A stretch of DNA of 64,000 bases from an uncultured candidatus Brocadiaceae bacterium (GCA_964652775.1 CAZZAM010000001.1:128023-192022), one strand, 5' to 3'. Counted from the stretch's first letter, positions 36,307 through 44,392 are shown. Numbers and translations: made by a program. The notes: generated by a model from the letters alone, not told the origin.

Positions 36307-36753
36307 TCATCGGCTCACCACGCTGACGAGGCCAGCCAGTTTCTGCCCGCTTTCACCCCAGAACACATTCACTTGGACCAGATCGACACTGTGGCTCATC
36401 GCCTGGAGGATAGTCCGCTCGACATAGTAACCGTTGAGGAAACCGGTAACCGGCGAATCCGCCATGGTCTTCGCTGCATCAACGAGCGCGGGGTCAACCA
36501 GGGCCGTACGCGCGGTTGATTCGGCGGTGGCCATGCCAACGGCAATGTGCGACTCGCGCGTTCCGATGGTCGTCAGGGCCAGGACCGACAGCAAACCCAT
36601 GGACAGCAAGAGGAGCGCGATGATGACATCGATCAGGGTGAAGGCCCGACGAATAGGCGAACCACGACGAGCAATAGTCCGGACTTCCGGACTTCCGGAC
36701 TTCCGAACGACTTCGCCTCGGTTCACAGCACGATGCGTGTGATTGGTGCTCAT
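36307..36753 (-). CDS. GspI-like pseudopilin (148 aa)
   Basis: 'RRA|FTLIDVIIALLLLSMGLLSVLAL' prepilin-type N-terminus. The ATG at 36753 overlaps the upstream stop (ATGA). The size is typical of GspI. Confidence 0.75.
   Translation of the reverse strand: MSTNHTHRAVNRGEVVRKSGSPEVRTIARRGSPIRRAFTLIDVIIALLLLSMGLLSVLALTTIGTRESHIAVGMATAESTARTALVDPALVDAAKTMADSPVTGFLNGYYVERTILQAMSHSVDLVQVNVFWGESGQKLAGLVSVVSR
36678..36707. repeat. Tandem octamer array TCCGGAct x3 plus a degenerate unit
   Basis: TCCGGA occurs at 36678, 36686 and 36694, and TCCGAA at 36702. The array lies inside the 5' coding leader of the I-like pseudopilin. Confidence 0.9.
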
Positions 36754-38330
36754 GGCTTGGGCTTGATCCAGGGGTACGGGTCGTGTTGCTGCAGCATTTC
36801 GGGCTCAAGGGCACCAGTAACGCGGATCTTGTTCGCATCCCCATCAGTAACGGCGCAATACACCCAGCCATTGCCCCAGATCCGATCGGCGGTGGGAACA
36901 TTGACCTCGATGGCGTCAAGCCAGGCCTGAATACTCGCAAATGGTCGAATGCTGCGGACTGCCCCGGTTGGTTCGCTGACCACGATCCGGCGCATCGGCA
37001 GTAGCGACTTCAATGCGATGCTTGGGCTGGTAAAACTCGTGAGGTCGTCTGGTGCATCCTTGGCGACGGTGACCGATGGACCGCCAATCGCATCGCCCGC
37101 GAAGTAGATGATGCCATCGTCACGGCCGTGAAAGACATAGTTACTCGTCACAGCACCGTATTGCGGCTGGGCAATTTTCTTGGGCGCTGCGAGACCCGTG
37201 GCATCCATCCACGCCCAGGCCGAGTACAACGCCGCACGATTATAAAACGTCAGGGCCCGAGCCTGACCGTCACCAAGGAAGACGATGGCGAAATCCATCC
37301 AGTACCCATTGAGGACCGGACGCGGCGTACCGATTTGCGTCGCGTCACAACAGGGCCGCATCTCCTCTTGCGCACTGTTCCGCGCCGGAGTTTGCGCCGC
37401 GTTGCTGGGGGTGTACCAGCAGTCGCACAAGGCCGCATTGGTGCTGTTGGTCACCGGGATCGCTGTTTGCGCGTCATTCCATCTAAAAACACCTGGGCGA
37501 CCAGGGTTACCAGTTTGGAAAGCGTCGTGATTGGCGCCGCGATAGGTGCATTCGTAATCCAACCCCGAACCATAGATGGTGGTGTCGTAGCCAGCAAAGG
37601 CGCGCATCGTGTAGGCTGAACCCGAACCGGTGAGGTAGCCAAACCAGGGGCGGGGATAGGTGGTGCTGAGCGCCGCGATGCCGGTGCGGGTTGGCGTATC
37701 CTGGGACCACGCCGTAGCAGCAATGCCATACTGGGCGCGATCAACCGGAATCTGCGCCACCGCCGGGGTGTGGAGATTGTCCTCGACATCGCCCAGCGCC
37801 AAGAACCGCGTCCCCCTTGGCAAATAGAATGGTTCGCCGATTTGCGCGCGTTGGACGGTTGCAGCAAAGCGCTGAGCTGATCCGCGTGAACCCATCTTGG
37901 TGGACTCGGGAGCGCCGCTCATGCGTGGCAACAGGTCGTAGCCTTTCTCTGGTCCGATGATGGCGCACCAGTGCCGGCCAGGAAAGACTTTTGGATCCGA
38001 CTCATCCCAGTTGCGGAGGATGGCTCCCGAACCTTTGTTCTCGAGGTGAAACACCACGCAGTGGGGCTTGCCCGACGTGATGGCCAGATTGCGCGCCTTG
38101 AGCAGCATGCGTTCCACCCCATTCGCGGCCTGCTCAACCTGGATCTCAGCCTGGCCTTTGCTCAGCATCCCGCTCGACATCGTGATCCCTGCGAGGATTG
38201 AGATAATCCCGATGACGACCAGCAGTTCGATCAGCGTAAACGCACGGGTAATACGGCTCATCCTGAACGCAGCAGTCCGGAAGTCCGGAAGTCCGGAAGT
38301 CCGGACTGCGTCAATGAGGTTAATGATCAT
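36750..38330 (-). CDS. GspH/FimT-like pseudopilin (526 aa)
   Basis: 'ITRA|FTLIELLVVIGIISILAGI' is followed by 'AANGVERMLLKARNLAITSGKPHCVVF' (GspH-like). The start is either the ATG at 38330 (3 nt after the upstream stop) or the internal ATG at 38261. Confidence 0.75.
   Translation of the reverse strand: MIINLIDAVRTSGLPDFRTAAFRMSRITRAFTLIELLVVIGIISILAGITMSSGMLSKGQAEIQVEQAANGVERMLLKARNLAITSGKPHCVVFHLENKGSGAILRNWDESDPKVFPGRHWCAIIGPEKGYDLLPRMSGAPESTKMGSRGSAQRFAATVQRAQIGEPFYLPRGTRFLALGDVEDNLHTPAVAQIPVDRAQYGIAATAWSQDTPTRTGIAALSTTYPRPWFGYLTGSGSAYTMRAFAGYDTTIYGSGLDYECTYRGANHDAFQTGNPGRPGVFRWNDAQTAIPVTNSTNAALCDCWYTPSNAAQTPARNSAQEEMRPCCDATQIGTPRPVLNGYWMDFAIVFLGDGQARALTFYNRAALYSAWAWMDATGLAAPKKIAQPQYGAVTSNYVFHGRDDGIIYFAGDAIGGPSVTVAKDAPDDLTSFTSPSIALKSLLPMRRIVVSEPTGAVRSIRPFASIQAWLDAIEVNVPTADRIWGNGWVYCAVTDGDANKIRVTGALEPEMLQQHDPYPWIKPKP
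38276..38305. repeat. Tandem octamer array TCCGGAag x4
   Basis: TCCGGA occurs at 38276, 38284, 38292 and 38300. On the coding strand it is followed by CTGCTGCGTTCAGGATG, where the ATG is the internal start at 38261. Confidence 0.9.
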
Positions 38331-38333
38331 GAC

Positions 38334-40211
38334 TCAGTGTTTCCGCGTGACTTGAGGGCGTAGATTATCTGTGTTGGCCGCGTTCGTACGTACGGCATGA
38401 AACAAGCTGTCGCGGCCCGCGCTTAACAGTTCGAAATCCCGTTCTTCACCCATGGGCGCACACAAACGGATATCGTAAGCCGCGACGTTGGTATCATACG
38501 CGCCGTTACGCACGCGATCATAGTAGAGTTCACTGCCCCCCTGTTCACCATCGCCATTGTCATCCTTCCACGGTTCGACCAGTTTACTTCCGTCTTTGGA
38601 CACACAGTAGTACACCACGCCGCCGCGCTTGTGGGTTGGTACCGACTGAACCGCAACCCGACTGGGAATGGCGGTGCCGAATATCGGATAGGGATCGCCG
38701 CATTCCTCCATGTCGATGCCGTGCAATGCCCACACATGCGGACCACCGATCATGGGCGAAGGAGGTGACGTTGCCGAGGGGCAGTGGTAGTCGATGAGGG
38801 ATATATCCATGGCATCGGCCCGCACAGGCACTCCACGATCATTCACCCGATCAGTGACATAGCAGTAGCCGGGCGTGTAGAGCGGCGGAGCGTGATAACC
38901 GGTAATCATACCCGAGGTGTCGCCGGCCAGCGGAATGAGACTCGTCAAATCCGAACTCGGATCTGGGTGATAAAGTAACATGCAGCCCTTGCCATACATG
39001 CTCTGTCCGCGCTGATTGGGACTAGTGCCTGAGATAAACGCATTGCCGTTGAGCTGGGCAAGACGGCAATTGATCGTCTTCTTCGCCGGCAGACCTTCGT
39101 TGATATAGACCAGCGGCTGTCCGTAAGCATCCAGGATATCCACCTTCGTGTCGCCATCGAGATCCGACTTCAGGTAATTGTCCAACTGACCGCCAAGGTA
39201 GTCATCATGCCAGGGATCGCTCAAGGTCGCAACGTTGATCGTCTTGGAAGCACTAGTCTCACCCAACGAAACGCCTGATGCATCCGTACCGCTGTCGTAG
39301 GTGTAATTGCCGGCGGCAACACCATGACGCAAACCACGCAGATACGCATCTGCCGCATCGCGCGGCCGAGCATAACTGACATAAATGGGGAAGAGCTGGT
39401 TGATCCAACTCGCAAAGTAACCGAGGCCACCAGCAACGTGATAATCGCCGCTATATGGCGTCGGCTGCCGGGACATCAACATCGGGGCCACGCGGAAGTG
39501 ATCGAAAATCCTTTTCACTTCGCGTTCGCCCAGTGACACCGGTCCGGTGGCATCATAGTGCGCCCAGTCCTTTGCGGGCGCCGCGGTCACCGTCTGGGTC
39601 ATATTGGCCGCGTTAAACAGCGGTGGCAAATCCAGCCCAGCACACACCACATTCCCGTAGCTGCCGATGTGGTAGAAGCGATCGAGTTCGATGGTGCGCA
39701 TGGAATTCGCATTATTGAGCGCCAAGGTTTTGTCAGCTGCGACCATCGGGGTTCCCAAACTATAAAACAGGCCATTGCCAATCGCCCAGGTCGTCGGCGT
39801 ACTTGCCGGCGCCCACACCGTGTCGTTGTCCGGCGTCGGCAGTCCGGTTGCTGCGGCAACCTTGACCAGCCCATCATCAAAGCCGCCGCTTTCCGTCTGT
39901 ACTGGTGGCGCGGAATAAAAGCCCCTGGGATAGAAACCCATTTCGCTCCGGAACGTACGCAGGGCGGTATCAACCTTGTCCAACACCAATTGAGTCTGGG
40001 ATCGCTTGGCCGACTGGCGCACGCTCATCAGCCCGCCGTAGGTCATGGACGACAAAATCGCGATGATGCTGATGACCACCAACATCTCGATCAGCGAAAA
40101 CCCCCTCCGCCCAGACCCAGGACATGACGGCACACTTCCGAACCGGGAAACAAGCTCACATGAAGAAACGTATGGCATGGTACTGTGAATTGTGTCCATC
40201 CAGGCCATCAC
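38334..40211 (-). CDS. GspG-like pseudopilin with large insertions (625 aa)
   Basis: 'GRRG|FSLIEMLVVISIIAILSSM' is followed by 'AKRSQTQLVLDKVDTALRTFRSEMGFYP'. The later 'DGDTKVDILDAYGQPLVY' and C-terminal 'DFELLSAGRDS' mirror the GspG landmarks (DPWG.PY.Y / F.L.S.G.DG). Confidence 0.75.
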   Translation of the reverse strand: MMAWMDTIHSTMPYVSSCELVSRFGSVPSCPGSGRRGFSLIEMLVVISIIAILSSMTYGGLMSVRQSAKRSQTQLVLDKVDTALRTFRSEMGFYPRGFYSAPPVQTESGGFDDGLVKVAAATGLPTPDNDTVWAPASTPTTWAIGNGLFYSLGTPMVAADKTLALNNANSMRTIELDRFYHIGSYGNVVCAGLDLPPLFNAANMTQTVTAAPAKDWAHYDATGPVSLGEREVKRIFDHFRVAPMLMSRQPTPYSGDYHVAGGLGYFASWINQLFPIYVSYARPRDAADAYLRGLRHGVAAGNYTYDSGTDASGVSLGETSASKTINVATLSDPWHDDYLGGQLDNYLKSDLDGDTKVDILDAYGQPLVYINEGLPAKKTINCRLAQLNGNAFISGTSPNQRGQSMYGKGCMLLYHPDPSSDLTSLIPLAGDTSGMITGYHAPPLYTPGYCYVTDRVNDRGVPVRADAMDISLIDYHCPSATSPPSPMIGGPHVWALHGIDMEECGDPYPIFGTAIPSRVAVQSVPTHKRGGVVYYCVSKDGSKLVEPWKDDNGDGEQGGSELYYDRVRNGAYDTNVAAYDIRLCAPMGEERDFELLSAGRDSLFHAVRTNAANTDNLRPQVTRKH

Positions 40212-40297
40212 TAACAGAGGCCAGACAGATTGACCGCCCTGCGTATGACACGCGCTCGAGACCTATCTGAGCATTGAACCTTTAAGGAGCGCTTGAT

Positions 40298-40434
40298 TCA
40301 CACGGAGGAACGGAGGCAACGGAGCAGACCGGGTTTGCCGGTCTGATGTCCATCACCCGTGGATGAATAGGTCACAATGTGTAACCCAATCGCTCGAACT
40401 TCGTTACCTCCGTTCCTCCGTGTGAACTGCTCCG
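40298..40434 (+). repeat. Variant hairpin repeat element (AACGGAGG-type arms)
   Basis: TCACACGGAGGAACGGAGGCAACG (40299-40322) pairs with CGTTACCTCCGTTCCTCCGTGTGA (40402-40425) at 23 of 24 positions. There is an inner hairpin CAGACCGG-gtttg-CCGGTCTG at 40325-40345. The element lies in the divergent region upstream of the pseudopilin operon. Confidence 0.75.
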
Positions 40435-40553
40435 TCTAGGTTGAACCCCAGTCTGCCTGAGACCCGTGGCTCATTCGCCAGTCCAGCCCGCCCAACCTGG
40501 GTGTTCTCTACCTGCGGTCTCCCTGCATTCTCTGCTGCCGAGAGGATTCCTGC

Positions 40554-41894
40554 ATGCGCCCCCTGTTCCTGATATTCCTCGCCTCAATCACGATGGCTGC
40601 TCAAGCCCCAGCCAAACAACCCTCGGTCGAGGAGGGCGTCATCCTCGACCTGTGCAATCAATACCGCACCGATCAGCAGCGGATCCGTTTTCGTCTGGAA
40701 GACATGGTCCGACGCAATGAGCTCCCGACCGACAAAGCAACCAAGGACGCTTGGCTACTCGCCAATACCGGCCATCGGCAAGCCTTAGCACCGGTAGTTA
40801 TGAATCCGCTCCTCAATGCGGCTGCGCGGAATCTACTGATCTCCAAAGTCCTTCCCGAGCGACTCAAGGCCATTGACGCCATCGCTCCCCTCAAGGCGGT
40901 CAACTACACCCCGGACAGCAGTGGCCTGGTGGTGATTGGACGCGATGCCAGTTCAGCATCGGTAGCCTTCTTGACCGCCCTCATGGCAGTCACCAGTGAA
41001 AAGGAGATTCGCCCAGGATACGTCATGCCGAGCTTCACCGCCGCCCAGGTATTCCAACCCCAATGGCGGGAAGTTGGCATCGCGGTCATTGTGGAGGGAG
41101 CCAAGTTTCACACCGCCATGGTCTTCGGTTTGGGATCGGCCCAACGCTATGTCGGCGGAGTCGTTTTCGCCGACGCCAACCACAATGGTCGCTTCGATGC
41201 GGGTGAAGGCCGTCCGGGTATTGAGGTCAAGTCCGGCGGCATCGGGATGACCACCGGACCTGCAGGCGCGTGGTGGATGTTCTTGGACAATGGCGATCCC
41301 GTCACAGTGGAATTCAACGGCGAAGGATTCACGGCCAACCGTCCGGTGGTACGCGGCACGGCGAACCTCTGTATTGATTGGCGCATGCCGCTGGCAGCGG
41401 ACAATAAATCCGCCGACAAATTGATGGCGGACGTGAAACGGGCCGTCGGCCCGGATCCGCAACGGAAAGCCTTAGCCGCGCTGATCGCCGGAACCCGGGT
41501 CGCCATTCTTGATGAGGCACACCAGACCAAAGTGACCGCGCTTGTGGCTGGCATGATGGGCGAATACACGACGGCGGTCAAACGCTGCATGGATGCGCTC
41601 ACCGACACCCATCAGAATTTTCTCGCACGTTTCGACCGTATTAAAGCGACCTGCCGCGGGTCCTTCGTCGCTATGTTCAAGGAAATCGAGGACATTCATC
41701 GCTTGGGGCAACTGGTCGCCGCCTTCCAAGCAGCGCCCCCTGATCAGCAGACCAAGCAAGGGCCTGATTTACTCAGGGACATCACGAAAGCCCGCGAGGC
41801 CTCCGGCGAACCGCTGCTGGATCAGCAGTATGTTTTCATGCTCGAAGGCGTCGCTTCCGTCCTCAACACGTTGGAACCGGTGGCAAAACCTTAA
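40554..41894 (+). CDS. Secreted protein with a CAP/SCP-like N-domain (tentative)
   Basis: 446-aa ORF with the signal peptide MRPLFLIFLASITMAAQA. 'LCNQYR...LNAAARNLL...GIAVIVEGAKFHTAMVFG' resembles a CAP domain. 'DANHNGRFDAGEGRPGIEV' resembles an SdrD-B/CarboxypepD_reg-like segment. The C-terminus is helical. Confidence 0.55.
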   Translation: MRPLFLIFLASITMAAQAPAKQPSVEEGVILDLCNQYRTDQQRIRFRLEDMVRRNELPTDKATKDAWLLANTGHRQALAPVVMNPLLNAAARNLLISKVLPERLKAIDAIAPLKAVNYTPDSSGLVVIGRDASSASVAFLTALMAVTSEKEIRPGYVMPSFTAAQVFQPQWREVGIAVIVEGAKFHTAMVFGLGSAQRYVGGVVFADANHNGRFDAGEGRPGIEVKSGGIGMTTGPAGAWWMFLDNGDPVTVEFNGEGFTANRPVVRGTANLCIDWRMPLAADNKSADKLMADVKRAVGPDPQRKALAALIAGTRVAILDEAHQTKVTALVAGMMGEYTTAVKRCMDALTDTHQNFLARFDRIKATCRGSFVAMFKEIEDIHRLGQLVAAFQAAPPDQQTKQGPDLLRDITKAREASGEPLLDQQYVFMLEGVASVLNTLEPVAKP

Positions 41895-41908
41895 CCGCCA
41901 CCGTTAAC

Positions 41909-42625
41909 CTAGGGACGATAGATCCACGTACACGGGTCGGTCGCACTCCCCTTTTTGCCCCACGAATAGACATACGGATACGGTCGCGCTTTGGTGATGT
42001 CGCGACCGTTGCGCGCTTTCTCGTAATTGTTGGTCGCATCCCAATTCCAATCCGGCAAGGTCAGGTCAACGCTCGAGCCGTGCGTACAAGCGAAGGCGCT
42101 GCGCGTCGCCAACGGTAAGCTGAAGCGGTAGCGATAGGGATGCTTCCAGGGATCGAGCAACCGACGATCCGTATCACCAGGATCGTGGTGCGGAACGGGC
42201 AGCGGAAGACCTGCAGTGTCCAGCAAGGTAATAACGCCATCGATTACCGTGCCTGCCCGATTGTCGTGCCGACATAACGAGAAGGCTAATTCAGGATCAG
42301 TGGCCTCGTCGTAATGATGATAGGTGATTGAAGCAGGGACGGCTGGCAACGCAGGGCCGTAGGGATTCAATATCCCCAATGGCCCCGGGAACGGATAGCG
42401 TTTCTGGTCATCGTTTGATGCGTATTGTTCAATCGAACTTACCAACTGCGCCACGGCTTGTTTCGCCTCTGCCACCCGCGCATTTTCCCGCACCAAGCTA
42501 ATTGCTGGAATAAGCATACCAGCCAACACGGCAATGATCGAGATCACGATCAGCAATTCCACCAGGGTGAACCCCCAATGAGATCGCTGCGTCGGCAGGT
42601 AAGTACAACAATGGTGGCGGCTCAT
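41909..42625 (-). CDS. Orphan GspG-like pseudopilin
   Basis: ORF 41909..42790. The likely start is the ATG at 42625, which gives MSRHHCCTYLPTQRSHWG|FTLVELLIVISIIAVLAGML. 'LLDPWKHPYRY' and 'VYSWGKKGS' are GspG-like landmarks. Confidence 0.7.
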   Translation of the reverse strand: MSRHHCCTYLPTQRSHWGFTLVELLIVISIIAVLAGMLIPAISLVRENARVAEAKQAVAQLVSSIEQYASNDDQKRYPFPGPLGILNPYGPALPAVPASITYHHYDEATDPELAFSLCRHDNRAGTVIDGVITLLDTAGLPLPVPHHDPGDTDRRLLDPWKHPYRYRFSLPLATRSAFACTHGSSVDLTLPDWNWDATNNYEKARNGRDITKARPYPYVYSWGKKGSATDPCTWIYRP

Positions 42626-42717
42626 GCATCCTCGCGGCAGCTTTCGCCGTGGCCTTGGTGTCCACGAGTCGAAGGATGCAGAAACGTTTGCGGGCGGTGA
42701 CATACGGAAGTCCGTCA

Positions 42718-43662
42718 TCACCCTCCCCCGGTCCTGCGGAATATCCGACTGCTGAATACCGGGCCAAGCGTATGATGCAGCGGGATCCAACCAAGCTGCT
42801 GTATGGGGACATCCAAGCGTTGACCGGCCGGTAATCTGCGTGGCTCACCGCCAACCGGATGAACTTCCACACTGCCCCGACTCACCGCGATCGCCGTTCC
42901 CGCCGCTACGACCTGGATCCGCACGGCAGCATCCTGCACGGCAATGGAAGCGGCCTTGGTTTGCACAGCGAGGGGCACGTCTGTTGGCGACACTTCGCTG
43001 ATCAGTTCACCACGTACCAAGGAAAAGCTGCGTCGGAGACCTTCAACTTCTTCGACAACCGCTTCGGTATTTGCCGCCAACTCGCAGGTACCACCACGCA
43101 GCGATATCTTCACGTGGCTATCGGGTTCGATGTGCAGGCGATCTCCAACCCGCAGACTTGTGCCGGCCTTCAGGGCTATTGTCATTCCGTCACGCACGAT
43201 GAATGCGCTTCCTTCGGTTTGGGCGATGATCGGGACCAGGTATTGCGCGCGCAGCGCCATGGCACCCAGAGCCAATGTAATGATGCCCGTGACAATCAGA
43301 ATTGATGCGGCCGCAGCCCAACCAGCCCAGCGGCGGGTGACGTTGGTCCGTGCTGAGGGACGCGGCGGCGATGATGACGGACCAGGTGCCAACAGCCGCG
43401 CGCTATCAACCGATCCGGCAGCGGCATGGCGACCAATTTCAGCAAGATGCCCGTGCATGCGTGCCAGGACGGTAAATCGTGCGCGATAGGATGGATCGGA
43501 TTGCAGGAGCGCGTTGAGCTGGGCGACTGCGGCAGCGTCGGCATCGCCAGCGAGGTACTGCGTGGCGAGATCAGCGAATACATCGGCGGACTCGTCGAGG
43601 ATGAGAGGAGCACCTTCATTGCCACGGGCCACGCTGGAGCGTGGCGTTCCCAGGGGAGTCAT
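42718..43662 (-). CDS. FecR-family anti-sigma factor
   Basis: The ATG at 43662 overlaps the sigma-factor stop (ATGA). The N-terminus is 'LATQYLAGDADAAAVAQLNALLQSDPSYRARF'. There is one TM (WAGWAAAASILIVTGIITLALGAMAL) and a C-terminal FecR-like beta domain. Confidence 0.75.
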   Translation of the reverse strand: MTPLGTPRSSVARGNEGAPLILDESADVFADLATQYLAGDADAAAVAQLNALLQSDPSYRARFTVLARMHGHLAEIGRHAAAGSVDSARLLAPGPSSSPPRPSARTNVTRRWAGWAAAASILIVTGIITLALGAMALRAQYLVPIIAQTEGSAFIVRDGMTIALKAGTSLRVGDRLHIEPDSHVKISLRGGTCELAANTEAVVEEVEGLRRSFSLVRGELISEVSPTDVPLAVQTKAASIAVQDAAVRIQVVAAGTAIAVSRGSVEVHPVGGEPRRLPAGQRLDVPIQQLGWIPLHHTLGPVFSSRIFRRTGGG

Positions 43663-44192
43663 GGCGAGCCACGCTGGAGCATGGGGTTCCCAGGAACGCC
43701 CCCCTGCATGCATTGGGCGAGCGCTTTGTACACGCGGCTATAGGCGACCTGCACGGCACCTAGTGTCTTGCCGACGCGCAAGGCGATGGATGCGCCGTCC
43801 AGATTATCGGCAAAGCGCAAACGGATCAGCGACCGCGCAAATGGACTCAGACGATCCAGACAGCGTTCAAGCTGTTCGATATCCTCACGGCCGGACTCAG
43901 GATTATGCTGCGACCATTCCGACTCCAGCATCGCCAAGGTCGTATCATCAAGGCAACGATCGCGGCGGTGACTGCGTCGGGCTTCGTTCAGCGCGAGGTT
44001 GCGCGCTGTCGTGCGAACCCATGCCATGGCGTGTCCCGGGTGATCAAACTTATCACAAGCATCATTGGCGCGGATGAGCGTTTCCTGAAACACGTCCTCG
44101 CCCGCCGTGCGATCGGGCAACACGACAGCGATCCAACCGAGGATGGCACCACGGCGGTCGAGCAACAAATGAAGCAGTTCGTCGCGCTGCAC
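43659..44192 (-). CDS. ECF-type RNA polymerase sigma-70 family factor
   Basis: 177 aa. Region 2 is 'EDVFQETLIRANDACDKFD...AWVRTTARNLALNEARR'. Region 4 is 'LSPFARSLIRLRFADNLDGASIALRVGKTLGAVQVAYSRVYKAL'. Confidence 0.85.
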   Translation of the reverse strand: MQRDELLHLLLDRRGAILGWIAVVLPDRTAGEDVFQETLIRANDACDKFDHPGHAMAWVRTTARNLALNEARRSHRRDRCLDDTTLAMLESEWSQHNPESGREDIEQLERCLDRLSPFARSLIRLRFADNLDGASIALRVGKTLGAVQVAYSRVYKALAQCMQGGVPGNPMLQRGSP

Positions 44193-44238
44193 GGGGTCCT
44201 CAGGGGAGAAGTGTGCTCAGCGAGGGGACAACCAACAG

Positions 44239-44265
44239 GGAACCGAGCTGTAAAGGCCGCGTATC
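44239..44265 (+). promoter_or_regulatory. Possible ECF-type promoter (GGAAC-N16-CGTAT)
   Basis: GGAACCGAGCTGTAAAGGCCGCGTATC lies about 130 nt upstream of the ATG at 44393. This is a motif match only. Confidence 0.25.
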
Positions 44266-44392
44266 ACCGCCGTGTGTGAGACTGCCAGCACCGTGCTCTC
44301 TTGGATTAGAAGTGGGCGGCAACACGCATGAACAGTTGCTACCTCACCTACCTTCTCGACTGGGGATACCTCTGTAGACTGAAGCACCATCC

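Noticed and set aside
36678-38305. I asked whether the TCCGGA octamer arrays or the GAATGCTC arrays could be CRISPR arrays.
   Set aside because: The units are only 8 nt and directly abutting, with no unique spacers and no cas genes. They are tandem microrepeats, not CRISPR.
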